Source of the DNA: a virus
Strand: one strand, 5' to 3'
IMG/VR virus record: IMGVR_UViG_3300045988_101878
Location: 11,226-75,225 of that record
Length of the DNA stretch: 64,000 nt
Part shown: piece by piece, positions 56,302 through 64,000 of the stretch
Layout: every line of letters begins with the position of its first letter
Position numbering within the stretch: the first letter of the stretch is position 1
The notes under the pieces: model-generated
Seen by the model: the letters and a program-made list of their open reading frames with translations, nothing else
Databases searched by the model: none
What the model was told of the DNA's origin: nothing
Program-made: the position numbers and the translations under genes

Positions 56302-56508
56302 ATGGCAAAGTTAGTAAATAAAACGAAAATAATTGTGCCAAAGGAACAAATTTCTGTGCTGATGGCACGTTTCGGCTACAAAAGAACAGCCGTATACAAT
56401 GCGCTCGCCTACCGCTCACAGTCGAGTGTGGCACAGAACATACGCAAAATGGCCTTGGACTCTTTAGGGGGGAAGAAGGTCAGATTACCGATGTTCGAAG
56501 AAGAATAG
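56302..56508 (+). CDS. small Cro-like protein candidate
   Basis: 68 aa. Called from its position divergent from the repressor. The HTH-like pattern RTAVYNALAYRS is weak. Confidence 0.4.
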   Translation: MAKLVNKTKIIVPKEQISVLMARFGYKRTAVYNALAYRSQSSVAQNIRKMALDSLGGKKVRLPMFEEE

Positions 56509-56579
56509 AGAAAGCTGACTATCAGATATTAAAGCAATTTGTATTATGCGGAAGCGTCCGCATTAACCATAGGGTTACG

Positions 56580-56613
56580 CTGCTGGTGCGTGAGCATAGG
56601 CAGTTTTTTACAG
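56580..56613 (+). terminator. intrinsic terminator with a GTGA tetraloop (copy 1 of a duplicated element)
   Basis: CTGCTGGTGC-GTGA-GCATAGGCAG followed by TTTTTT. A 29-nt stretch is identical to 57421-57449. Confidence 0.55.
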
Positions 56614-56633
56614 AAAACTTAAAAATCAACGCT

Positions 56634-56816
56634 ATGCTGCAACTTTTCACGACACAGACCTATCAAGATAGGGTTGACGAAATGTACAGGCTACTCATGA
56701 GTGACGGGGAGTGTTCGCTGAGACTGTTTGAGTGGCGTATGAGGCGGATTCACTGCCTTAACTTAAAGATTAAACAACGCTCCGCTGACATGGGTCGGAA
56801 GGAGGAAATATACTAA
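56634..56816 (+). CDS. hypothetical small protein
   Basis: I trimmed the track ORF to the ATG at 56634, because the upstream part overlaps a terminator hairpin. Confidence 0.35.
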   Translation: MLQLFTTQTYQDRVDEMYRLLMSDGECSLRLFEWRMRRIHCLNLKIKQRSADMGRKEEIY

Positions 56817-56820
56817 GGAT

Positions 56821-57312
56821 ATGTTCTGGAAGAAGAAACAAGACAAAGACAAGAAGGAGACTTGGGGCAAGCCCGCAAGGACGGGGAAATGGAGAAGCAC
56901 AAAGTCGCTTAAGGACAAGCTTGACAGAGTAATGAGCCTGTATATAAGGCTTCGCGATGTTGACAAGATTGGATATTTCAGATGTCCGACGTGCGGAAGA
57001 ATACTCCCCTTCTCCAAGGGCGACTGCTCCCACTTGTGGGGACGCGCTCACATGAGCACGAGATATGACCCGGACAACATGGTGATGGAATGTGCATACG
57101 ACAACCGCATGAACAGCTCACATCTGTTAGAACTGAGCAAATACTTTGAGAAGAGGCTTGGCCCTCAGAGGTACGAACTGCTGAGGGTGAAGCACAATCA
57201 GAGCAAGAAATGGTCGAACTGGGAGCTGGAGCAACTCATTGAGTACTACAGCAAGGAGACAGAACGACTGAAAAAGGAGAAGAATTACGAAGTGTGGCGC
57301 GACAAGGTGTAA
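56821..57312 (+). CDS. ninG: NinG/Rap-like recombination protein
   Basis: 163 aa. YIRLRDVDKIGYFRCPTCGRILPFSKGDCSHLWGR...ECAYDN aligns by eye with lambda NinG (FIRERDRDLPCISCGT...DAGHY...QCVVCN). Confidence 0.6.
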   Translation: MFWKKKQDKDKKETWGKPARTGKWRSTKSLKDKLDRVMSLYIRLRDVDKIGYFRCPTCGRILPFSKGDCSHLWGRAHMSTRYDPDNMVMECAYDNRMNSSHLLELSKYFEKRLGPQRYELLRVKHNQSKKWSNWELEQLIEYYSKETERLKKEKNYEVWRDKV

Positions 57313-57414
57313 GGGTCGCGAGGCACGAATGGAATGAATGGAATTTTGTATCATTAGTTTTTAGTTATTTTGTAAATAATGGGTAGCAGCGGCTACAGTT
57401 TATATATAATTTTT

Positions 57415-57449
57415 CCTGCTGGTGCGTGAGCATAGGCAGTTTTTTACAG
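57415..57449 (+). terminator. intrinsic terminator with a GTGA tetraloop (copy 2)
   Basis: The same sequence with one extra G in the 5' arm. It lies between the NinG-like gene and the tRNA-like element. Confidence 0.55.
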
Positions 57450-57454
57450 GAATC

Positions 57455-57531
57455 GGGAGTGTGGCTGCTGCTTGGGTAGTGCAGATGTAAGACAGGATAC
57501 CGATGTAAGGGTTCGATTCCCTTTACTCCCA
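57455..57531 (+). other. tRNA-like element (acceptor stem and T-arm intact, anticodon arm does not fold)
   Basis: GGGAGTG (57455-57461) pairs with TACTCCC (57524-57530), giving 6 Watson-Crick pairs and 1 G-U pair. The T-arm is AAGGG-TTCGATT-CCCTT and the D-like hairpin is CTGC...GG...GCAG. The total is 77 nt with no encoded CCA. No 5-bp anticodon stem could be drawn at any register. Confidence 0.4.
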
Positions 57532-57546
57532 CTATTATTAAACCAA

Positions 57547-57759
57547 ATGACAATGGAGAAGGAATATGTATTGGAAAAGATACGAGAGTTGATGTCCGAC
57601 GATTCGAAGAGACCGATGGGCGTGGACTTCGTGAAACTGAAAAATGCCGTGCAGGAAGACTTGAGGAAGTTGCTGAACAAGCTGTTGGAAGATGGCGAGA
57701 TTAACTACTTCAAGACGCTGAACGGAGTGACAATCTATTTGAAGGATTCAAAACAATAA
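57547..57759 (+). CDS. hypothetical small protein (winged-helix-like)
   Basis: I trimmed the track ORF to the ATG at 57547, because the upstream part of the track ORF covers the tRNA-like element. Confidence 0.45.
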   Translation: MTMEKEYVLEKIRELMSDDSKRPMGVDFVKLKNAVQEDLRKLLNKLLEDGEINYFKTLNGVTIYLKDSKQ

Positions 57760-57763
57760 AAAT

Positions 57764-59812
57764 ATGGAATACATAAAAATCAACTCGCTGAGCTTGAGGA
57801 ACTTCAAGGGAGTGAGGAACGCTGAATACGAGTTTGGAGACCTTGTGAACGTGGTGAAAGGACGCAACGGTGTGGGCAAGACAACGATTGCTGACGCTAT
57901 CTGTTGGGTGCTGTTCGGCACAAACCAGGCAGGAGACACCAAGTTTGGTGTGAAGACTAAGGACGAGAATGGCAATGAGATTCCCGATGTTGAGCATTCA
58001 GTGGAGATTGTGCTGAGCATAAACAACGTGGTAATTTCTCCAGACGGTGGACAGGGAAGCGTCAAAAGCGTGAAGCTGACCCGAATACTCAAAGAGAGCA
58101 GAAGCAGGGATGGCAGCGTGACGAATACCTATACATACAAGGTGGACGACGAGGTGGAGACAGCTGGCGACTTTAAGAAAGTGGTAAGCGAGATTTGCCC
58201 GGAAAAGGTGTTCAGACTTTGTTCCTCACCAAACGTTTTCGTTCAGATGGAATGGAGCGAGCAGAGAAAGATGCTTATTGAAATGTTTGGCGAGCCAAGT
58301 GTGGAGGAGATAATGGGCGGTGAGAAGCGGTTTGACCCGATAAAGAAGCTGCTTGAGAAGAATGACTTCGACAAGGTGTTTCAACACCTTTACTACATGC
58401 GTAGGGAGGTGCAGAAGAAACTGGATGATGTGCCCGTGAGACTTAGTGAACTCGACAAGGTGCTGCCGGAAGCGGAGAATTGGGAAGAGATTGAGAAGCA
58501 GATGGAAGAAAAGGACGGTATCATCAAAGACAACCTCCAAAAGATTTCGCTCATAGAAAATGGCGGTGGCATTCGTGTGGTGAATGAGTCCCTTAGCCAC
58601 AAAATGAACTTCCTGCAGAAGCGGTTGAAAAACATGTGTGAAGGGGCACGCAAACAGTCAATCGAGATTTTGGATGAATACACAAATGCGAAAAGCAAGT
58701 TGGAGGTGGAAATCATCGAGACAAAATCAAAAGAGAGAAGACTTGAATCAAAGAGAACTTCGTTTATGGATAGCATAGCCCTCCTTAAGGAGGATTTGAA
58801 GTCTTTGGAATCCCAAAAGAAGGACGGATCAGCAAGATGGAAGGCTGTATCGGCAAGAACGTGGGAATGGGACGACAAATTATCGTATTGCCCCACTTGC
58901 GGACAGGCTTTGCCAATGGACAAGGTGGAGAAAATGAAAGAAGAATCACTCGAAAGATTCAATGCCGCCAAGGCTGCTGACTACAAGAAGCTCAAAGAAG
59001 AGTATGGCAGAATAAAGGACGGAGAAAATCAAACAAAGGAACTTATCGAGGAATATAAAGAAGAACTTGCTAAGATTAAAGCTCTGTTGGAGGACGTCAA
59101 GAAGGATTTGTATGAAAAAAGCGAGGCTCTGAAGAAGCATAACGCCGATGCGGAAAAGAAGATTACTTCGGCTGAGGATTTGTTGGCACAGAAGCCCGAG
59201 TATGCCGAAGTATGCGAGCAGATTAAGGCATTGGAGGTTGAAATGAACGCTCCTGCTGTGGATGACGAGGGTACTGCAATGATAGAAGAGTTTCGGAAGA
59301 TTCTGGTTGAAGCCTCTAAAGAGAGGGAGAACCTGCTGAAGCAGCTTGCCGTGAAGGAACAATACGACAAGGTGGCGAAGCAGATTGAGGGCATAAAGAA
59401 GGGACGCAAGGCTTTGCAGGAACAGCTCGACGACTACGACGAGAAGCTGAAAGCAGCCAACGACTATCAACATAAGGCCTGCAAAGTGTTGGAGGAGAAT
59501 GTGAACAAACACTTCGGGTTGGTGAAATGGTCGATGTTCCGGCGTCAGCTTGACGGAACGGAAAAACCTTGGTGTGAGTGCTCGGTGGACGGTGTGCCCT
59601 ACTCTGACTTGAACTCGGCTGCAAAGATTAATGCAGGACTCGACATCATTGACGCGCTTAAGAGATACTATGAGGTTGACGTGCCTTGCGTTATCGACAA
59701 TGCGGAGACTGTGCTTGAGCCGCTTTATGCTGGTGGACAGCAGATAAGGTTGACCGTGACGGAGGACGAAAACATTATCATCGAGCATCATGACGATAAA
59801 GACGAAGCATAA
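57764..59812 (+). CDS. SMC/SbcC/Rad50-like ATPase with a CxxC zinc hook
   Basis: 682 aa. N-terminal P-loop LRNFKGV...VKGRNGVGKTT, a long coiled coil with a central YCPTCGQ, and a C-terminal Walker-B-like CVIDNAE. Confidence 0.75.
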   Translation: MEYIKINSLSLRNFKGVRNAEYEFGDLVNVVKGRNGVGKTTIADAICWVLFGTNQAGDTKFGVKTKDENGNEIPDVEHSVEIVLSINNVVISPDGGQGSVKSVKLTRILKESRSRDGSVTNTYTYKVDDEVETAGDFKKVVSEICPEKVFRLCSSPNVFVQMEWSEQRKMLIEMFGEPSVEEIMGGEKRFDPIKKLLEKNDFDKVFQHLYYMRREVQKKLDDVPVRLSELDKVLPEAENWEEIEKQMEEKDGIIKDNLQKISLIENGGGIRVVNESLSHKMNFLQKRLKNMCEGARKQSIEILDEYTNAKSKLEVEIIETKSKERRLESKRTSFMDSIALLKEDLKSLESQKKDGSARWKAVSARTWEWDDKLSYCPTCGQALPMDKVEKMKEESLERFNAAKAADYKKLKEEYGRIKDGENQTKELIEEYKEELAKIKALLEDVKKDLYEKSEALKKHNADAEKKITSAEDLLAQKPEYAEVCEQIKALEVEMNAPAVDDEGTAMIEEFRKILVEASKERENLLKQLAVKEQYDKVAKQIEGIKKGRKALQEQLDDYDEKLKAANDYQHKACKVLEENVNKHFGLVKWSMFRRQLDGTEKPWCECSVDGVPYSDLNSAAKINAGLDIIDALKRYYEVDVPCVIDNAETVLEPLYAGGQQIRLTVTEDENIIIEHHDDKDEA

Positions 59813-59999
59813 TATAGGCGATATGGTTTGGTTCCTGGACGGGTATCGGGCGCAATGCTGCAAGGTGACTGGAGTGGACGTGCAGGTGCTCGGGAACTCA
59901 AAACCATACGTGCAATATAGATTTTGCATGTTTGCCCCGGTAAAGGAGGAACATGTGTTTAAGACAAAAGAAGAACTGATAAAATACATATCAAAATGA
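59790..59999 (+). CDS. hypothetical small protein
   Basis: 69-aa ORF overlapping both neighbours. Confidence 0.4.
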   Translation: MTIKTKHNIGDMVWFLDGYRAQCCKVTGVDVQVLGNSKPYVQYRFCMFAPVKEEHVFKTKEELIKYISK

Positions 60000-60973
60000 C
60001 ACAGACAATGACAGCGGTGGCGAAGCAGCCACAAATGACAGCTCAACAGCAAGCAATAGTAACCTTCAACAATAAGGTTAACGGCAGCTATGTACAGAAC
60101 CAACTGAAAAGCGTGCTTGGAGCAAACTCTGGTACATTTGCCACTTCATTGGTTGAAATCTTTACCAATGACAAGAAATTGCAGGGTTGCGACGTGAACA
60201 AAGTAGTGCAGGAGGCAATCAAGGCAGCAACATTGAAGTTGCCACTCAACAAGCAGTTGGGATATGCTTATCTGATGGTTTTCAATAATTGGGACAAGGA
60301 GGCTCGCAGGTCGGTGCCAACACCAACCCTAACCATCGGCTACCGTGGCTACATTCAGATGGCAATGCGCACCGGGCAATACCGCAACATCAATGCCGAT
60401 GTGGTATATGAGGGTGAGCTTCGCGGAAAGGACAAGTTGTCGGGAAGCATTGACCTCTCGGGAGAAAAGACAAGTGACAGAATAGAAGGATTCTTCGCTC
60501 ATTTCGAGACAGTAAACGGATTCTCGAAGACCTTATATATGTCGCTTGCGGAAATGGCTGCGTATGCGTTAAAGTATTCTCCATCGTTCAAGCGCAAGGC
60601 AACGAAGGAAGACCCTATACCTACAGTGGACAATCTTTGCGACCTTGCGAACGGACAGGCACAGAATGGACCGACGGGAAAAGTAGGTTGGGAAGGCGAT
60701 TTCCTTAGCATGGGCATCAAGACTGTGCTGCGAAGACTGCTTTCAAAGTATGGCTATCTGTCAATAGAAATGATGGGAGCCTTGTCTGAGGATGAAAAAG
60801 CGCCAAACGTGCAACAAGTTCGGGACGAAGAGTTCTCTGAGGCAAGGGAAATCATTCCGATTGATGAACAAACGGGAGAGGTGCTGAATGAGGGTGGACC
60901 TCAGAACGTAATTCCAGGAGAAGTGCCTGACGGAAGCGAGGACGACGAAAATAAAAATCCGTTTGAGTCATGA
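59996..60973 (+). CDS. recT: RecT-family single-strand annealing protein
   Basis: 325 aa. LGYAYLMVFNN...LTIGYRGYIQMAMRTGQYRNINADVVYEGE and GIKTVLRRLLSKYG align by eye with E. coli RecT (LGHAYLLPFGN...LIIGYRGMIDLARRSGQ...VVREGD; AKKTAIRRLFKYL). Confidence 0.85.
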   Translation: MTQTMTAVAKQPQMTAQQQAIVTFNNKVNGSYVQNQLKSVLGANSGTFATSLVEIFTNDKKLQGCDVNKVVQEAIKAATLKLPLNKQLGYAYLMVFNNWDKEARRSVPTPTLTIGYRGYIQMAMRTGQYRNINADVVYEGELRGKDKLSGSIDLSGEKTSDRIEGFFAHFETVNGFSKTLYMSLAEMAAYALKYSPSFKRKATKEDPIPTVDNLCDLANGQAQNGPTGKVGWEGDFLSMGIKTVLRRLLSKYGYLSIEMMGALSEDEKAPNVQQVRDEEFSEAREIIPIDEQTGEVLNEGGPQNVIPGEVPDGSEDDENKNPFES

Positions 60974-61614
60974 GTAATGTAAGAAATGAGAGATTATACA
61001 ATATTTGGACTTGCATGAAAATGCGATGTTTGAATAAAAATAATCCTCGTTATCATAGATATGGTGGACGCGGTATTCGTGTAGCTGATTGTTGGCTGCA
61101 CGAATACCAATCCTTCAAAAAATGGGCATTAAGTAATGGCTATGAAGAAGGAATGTCAATAGAGCGCATTGACAATGATGGTAATTATTGTCCCGAAAAC
61201 TGCAAGTGGATACCTCAAAGTCAACAGAGCAAAAATCGCACCATGAATATTGCTGTCTCGTATAGAGGTGAGACAATGTGTTTAAGTGATATGTGTAGAA
61301 AATATGATGTCTATAATCATTATGGAGCCATAAAAGATAGAATATTGAAAAAACACATATCTTTTGAAGAGGCAATAAATACACCTGTGAAAAGTATACG
61401 CGATAACGATATTACGGGGAAACGCTATGGACGCTTGATAGCACTTAATTTCTCACGCTTTTACAAAAGGCACTCTTACTGGTTATGCAAATGCGATTGT
61501 GGTATGATAAAAGAAATAAGAAAAGATCATTTAGGAAGAGTTCTCTCTTGCGGATGCTTAAAAAAAGAACAAGACAAAATTAATCTAAGATATGAAATTA
61601 ATCGTGATCAATAG
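60970..61614 (+). CDS. phage protein with an RLYNIWxxMxxRC module (DNA-binding/homing-endonuclease-associated type, function unknown)
   Basis: 214 aa. RLYNIWTCMKMRCLNKNNPRYHRYGGRGIRVADCW is a module widespread in phage proteins. A second Cys-rich module, WLCKCDCG...SCGC, is also present. Confidence 0.5.
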   Translation: MSNVRNERLYNIWTCMKMRCLNKNNPRYHRYGGRGIRVADCWLHEYQSFKKWALSNGYEEGMSIERIDNDGNYCPENCKWIPQSQQSKNRTMNIAVSYRGETMCLSDMCRKYDVYNHYGAIKDRILKKHISFEEAINTPVKSIRDNDITGKRYGRLIALNFSRFYKRHSYWLCKCDCGMIKEIRKDHLGRVLSCGCLKKEQDKINLRYEINRDQ

Positions 61615-62314
61615 TGGGAGTAGAGGCAATGGATATTTGCTGGAAGATGATGATGGCGACCAACTTTTAATTGAGGCAGGTTGTCGTTTGAGAGACTATC
61701 AAGAAGTGGGACACCTTAAAATAAGTCGTGCTCGTGGCATGTTAATCAGCCACGAGCACGGATAAGGAGACCATGCGAAATATGTGCGTGATTTTACTCG
61801 CGTAGGGATTGAGGTGCTATCGACGGCTTCGTTGAAGGAGAAAAATAAATTTGGAGTGACGGCTGTGGAGCATGGGAAAACTTATCATTTAGGTAATTTC
61901 TCAGTAACGCCATTGGCTGTTGAGCATGATGTGGATTGCTTCGCTTATCTTATTCATGGTAAATGCGGAGTCATTGAGTTTGCGACGGACTGTTGGAACT
62001 TACACCAAGTGGTGAAGGGAGTGTCGCATTATCTCATTGAGGCTAACTATCAGGACGAGGTGCTTGATGAATCCGTGCGAACTGGCAAGACAATACAGTC
62101 GATGGCAGACAGAGTAAGGCTGAGTCATATGAGCTTAAAGCATTGTGTGGAGTACTTGAAGATGTGCGATGCAGGGAAAACAGCGAGGACTATAACGCTG
62201 ATTCATGCGAGCGAGAGACATCTGGACAAGAAACACGCTGAGCTGACGGTGGCGGGACAGACTGGTGTGCCGACATGGGTGGCGAAGAAGGGATTGGAAA
62301 TTGTATTAATGTAA
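61592..62314 (+). pseudogene. MBL-fold (metallo-beta-lactamase superfamily) nuclease, interrupted by an in-frame TAA at 61763-61765
   Basis: My own translation from the ATG at 61592 gives MKLIVINSGSRGNGYLLEDDDGDQLLIEAG...MLISHEHG*GDHAKYVRDF, continuing in the same frame into track ORF 61784..62314. The canonical motif would be HEHGDH. Confidence 0.65.
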
Positions 62315-62327
62315 AACAACAAAGAAT

Positions 62328-62543
62328 ATGAAAGTAGAAGTATATCAAAAAGCTATCATTAAGAGTAGGTGTATAGATGCTTGTAAAAGCACTACTTCTC
62401 TATTTATTACAGGGGCATCAAACGAAGTGGCATATAAGGGCATTGATTTACTTTTAGAACTCGACGGGGAGTTTAAAAATAAACTCCTTGATTTATTAGT
62501 GGAGACAGAGAAGCGTTTGCAAAAAGAATTTGATGAACTTTAA
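62328..62543 (+). CDS. hypothetical small protein
   Basis: 71-aa ORF. Confidence 0.4.
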   Translation: MKVEVYQKAIIKSRCIDACKSTTSLFITGASNEVAYKGIDLLLELDGEFKNKLLDLLVETEKRLQKEFDEL

Positions 62544-62554
62544 AAATAGGAATT

Positions 62555-62842
62555 ATGGAACCAATGGTAACAATATCCGTTAAGGACTATAACGAACTTG
62601 TGCGGAATAGTGGTGATAAACGTATACTTGAGTTGCTGACAATAATTGTTAACTACGCAAACAAAGAATGGGAAACGGCTTATGTGACACAAACGCGTTT
62701 CAACGCAATAGGTATGCTACGAGATTTTATCAAGCAACTTCAGAGCGGAGAACAAAGTTTCGAGGAAATAATGGAGTGGACTAAAAGAAATTTCAGCAAT
62801 GAGAGTACCGAGGAAGATAAAGAAGGCAGCGAAGTACGTTGA
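62555..62842 (+). CDS. hypothetical small protein
   Basis: 95-aa ORF. Confidence 0.45.
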   Translation: MEPMVTISVKDYNELVRNSGDKRILELLTIIVNYANKEWETAYVTQTRFNAIGMLRDFIKQLQSGEQSFEEIMEWTKRNFSNESTEEDKEGSEVR

Positions 62843-63017
62843 GCGTCATGTGCAACATACGCCAAGAGGATTGTTGGTAATCCCTTATAGCGAATTTGTT
62901 GTAAAAGGACGCTACACAAAGTGGAAGCAGAAATGCTTAAACGAAGTCAAAAGAGAACTTTGGAGGAAGTTGCTTGAAGAATGGACAAGTTATGATGGCA
63001 TCATTTTTACGCATTAA
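62799..63017 (+). CDS. hypothetical basic small protein
   Basis: 72-aa ORF with a 44-nt overlap with the upstream ORF. The start is uncertain. Confidence 0.3.
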   Translation: MRVPRKIKKAAKYVERHVQHTPRGLLVIPYSEFVVKGRYTKWKQKCLNEVKRELWRKLLEEWTSYDGIIFTH

Positions 63018-63050
63018 GAATGAAATAAATTGGAAAGGGGGTAAGGGGGT

Positions 63051-63470
63051 ATGGCGACTTTCGAGAAACTGAACGACCCAAGGCAGTACATGGCTGCCAT
63101 GAGAGAGATAGACAAGGCTCGCGACTGTGGGTATGCGATAGACATAGTGAAGCACAGAGAGGTGGCTACTGACAAGCAGATGGCTTATCTTCGCTTCATC
63201 ATCAGTTACTTCGGGTACAAGCAGGGCGAGAGTTTCTATAGTGTGTTGAGAACGATACAGCAGGACGTATGCCCACATGTCTTTCTCGCGGAGGATAGCA
63301 AGAAGCCGAAAAAGTTGTGTTATCTGACTACAGCGGAAATGTCGAGCGTGATTAGAAATTTCCTGGACTACGCGTCGATGAGCGAAGTGGTGATACCGAG
63401 CAAGGACGACCAAAGGGGAATGAGGTTAGCAAAGGCAGAGCTGGAGAGCGGAGGAGCAGGATGGGTGTAG
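63051..63470 (+). CDS. hypothetical protein
   Basis: 139-aa ORF. Confidence 0.45.
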   Translation: MATFEKLNDPRQYMAAMREIDKARDCGYAIDIVKHREVATDKQMAYLRFIISYFGYKQGESFYSVLRTIQQDVCPHVFLAEDSKKPKKLCYLTTAEMSSVIRNFLDYASMSEVVIPSKDDQRGMRLAKAELESGGAGWV

Positions 63471-63545
63471 GGAATGTTGAATTTGGAGTGTTGAATGTTA
63501 AATTGTCGCCTTTGGCGATGAGGAATTAATAAATTAGGAATTAAG

Positions 63546-63824
63546 ATGATACATATTGAAGGTCCAATAATAAAGATTCTGCCCGAGAAGAGCGGCATAA
63601 GTCAGTCGGGCAAAGAGTGGAGAGAATGTGAGGTGGCGATAGGGTATGTGACGAGTTTGCAATATCCGAAGACTATAGTAGTGGCGTTTAGAGGTGCACA
63701 AGTAGACGTTGTGAACCAACTTGACAATGGTGACGCTGTGGGATGCGACATAAGCATTGACGCAAGAGAATGGAACGGTCGGTGGTTTAATACGGTGACT
63801 GGGTACAATCTAAAGAAGCTGTAA
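63546..63824 (+). CDS. DUF3127-like (OB-fold, ssDNA-binding-like) protein
   Basis: 92 aa. GPIIKILPEKSGISQSGKEWRECEVAI...YPKTIVVAFRG...DISIDAREWNGRWFNTV matches my memory of the Bacteroidota DUF3127 pattern. Confidence 0.6.
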   Translation: MIHIEGPIIKILPEKSGISQSGKEWRECEVAIGYVTSLQYPKTIVVAFRGAQVDVVNQLDNGDAVGCDISIDAREWNGRWFNTVTGYNLKKL

Positions 63825-63837
63825 ATAATATAAGATT

Positions 63838-64000
63838 ATGGAAGAAGACGAAAGGACGAGGCAATGTATTGCCTATTTGACAAGCTTGGGATATAAGGTT
63901 GTCAAGCCGGGAAAGGGCAAGACTTTAGCGGAAAGGAGGAAGGCTTTTGCGGAGGCTTTGACTCCATTCCTTGAAAAGGGCTACTCAAAGGAAATGCTTA
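63838..64000 (+). CDS. hypothetical protein (partial, runs off the right edge)
   Basis: My own translation from the ATG at 63838 gives MEEDERTRQCIAYLTSLGYKVVKPGKGKTLAERRKAFAEALTPFLEKGYSKEML..., open to the window end. Confidence 0.4.
   Translation, partial: MEEDERTRQCIAYLTSLGYKVVKPGKGKTLAERRKAFAEALTPFLEKGYSKEML

Noticed and set aside
57455-57531. Calling this a bona fide tRNA gene.
   Set aside because: I tried every register for a 5-bp anticodon stem with a 7-nt loop between the D and T arms. None gives more than 3 pairs, and U33 is absent in the best register. It is reported as tRNA-like only.
61763-61765. Stop-codon reassignment or programmed read-through of TAA, as seen in some recoded gut phages.
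   Set aside because: TAA terminates other well-defined genes in the window. The very long ORFs contain no in-frame stops of any kind, so the standard code fits. The extra Gly codon would still disrupt the HxHxDH spacing.
1-64000. CRISPR arrays, rRNA genes, transposase/IS elements, and toxin-antitoxin or known multi-gene defence systems (R-M, Abi, CBASS, retron).
   Set aside because: I saw no regularly spaced identical repeats with unique spacers. I also saw no transposase or reverse-transcriptase motifs. The only MTase is embedded in the polyvalent protein and has no cognate endonuclease. The RHH ORFs have no adjacent toxin-like partner.

Overview
The whole 64-kb window reads as a temperate tailed-phage or prophage genome of Bacteroidota type. 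Supporting signs are TAnnTTTG -7 boxes, few Shine-Dalgarno sites, a Bacteroides-style tyrosine integrase, and PcfJ/PcfK-like and DUF3127-like genes. No host housekeeping genes, rRNA, canonical tRNA or CRISPR array are visible.

Layout:
(1) 1-4222: minus-strand operon of small early/accessory genes, including a PcfJ/PcfK/PcfM-like trio, punctuated by two families of conserved RNA hairpins.
(2) 4456-5306: XRE regulator plus a membrane protein.
(3) 5307-6633: 1.3-kb non-coding hub with a terminator, a late-promoter box, 11-bp phased repeats, six 22-bp iterons, a purine-rich block and three 44-bp-spaced repeats.
(4) 6634-26327, plus strand: three low-complexity proteins, then one 5,645-aa polyvalent protein. 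It carries two zincin-like modules, an N6-adenine methyltransferase, an SNF2/Strawberry-notch-like helicase and membrane segments, and resembles P1 DarB.
(5) 26393-37560: minus-strand virion operon. Order is Rha/KilAC antirepressor, scaffold-like protein, capsid-like protein, Big_2 protein, beta-helix tailspike, fibre-like proteins.
(6) 37718-47005: plus-strand portal to large terminase, then an 893-aa protein.
(7) 47082-49220: accessory genes, including a rhomboid-like protease cassette with its own promoter and terminator.
(8) 49337-53451: late and lysis genes (holin, GH19-type endolysin, u-spanin-like).
(9) 53565-56508: integrase, attP-like repeat field, CI/Cro-like switch.
(10) 56634-64000: NinG-like gene, then an SMC/SbcC-like ATPase, RecT, and an MBL nuclease broken by an in-frame stop, then a DUF3127-like gene.

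Most unusual observations:
- Two tandem, mutually paralogous Arc/MetJ-like (RHH) ORFs sit in the +1 frame of the giant gene, exactly in an inter-domain linker.
- An 18-bp box lies exactly 35 nt upstream of the -7 element at three late operons.
- There is a tRNA-like element whose anticodon arm does not fold.
- A 6-nt insertion places a TAA inside the HxHxDH motif of the MBL gene.

All family names come from motif recognition by eye and need HMM or BLAST confirmation.
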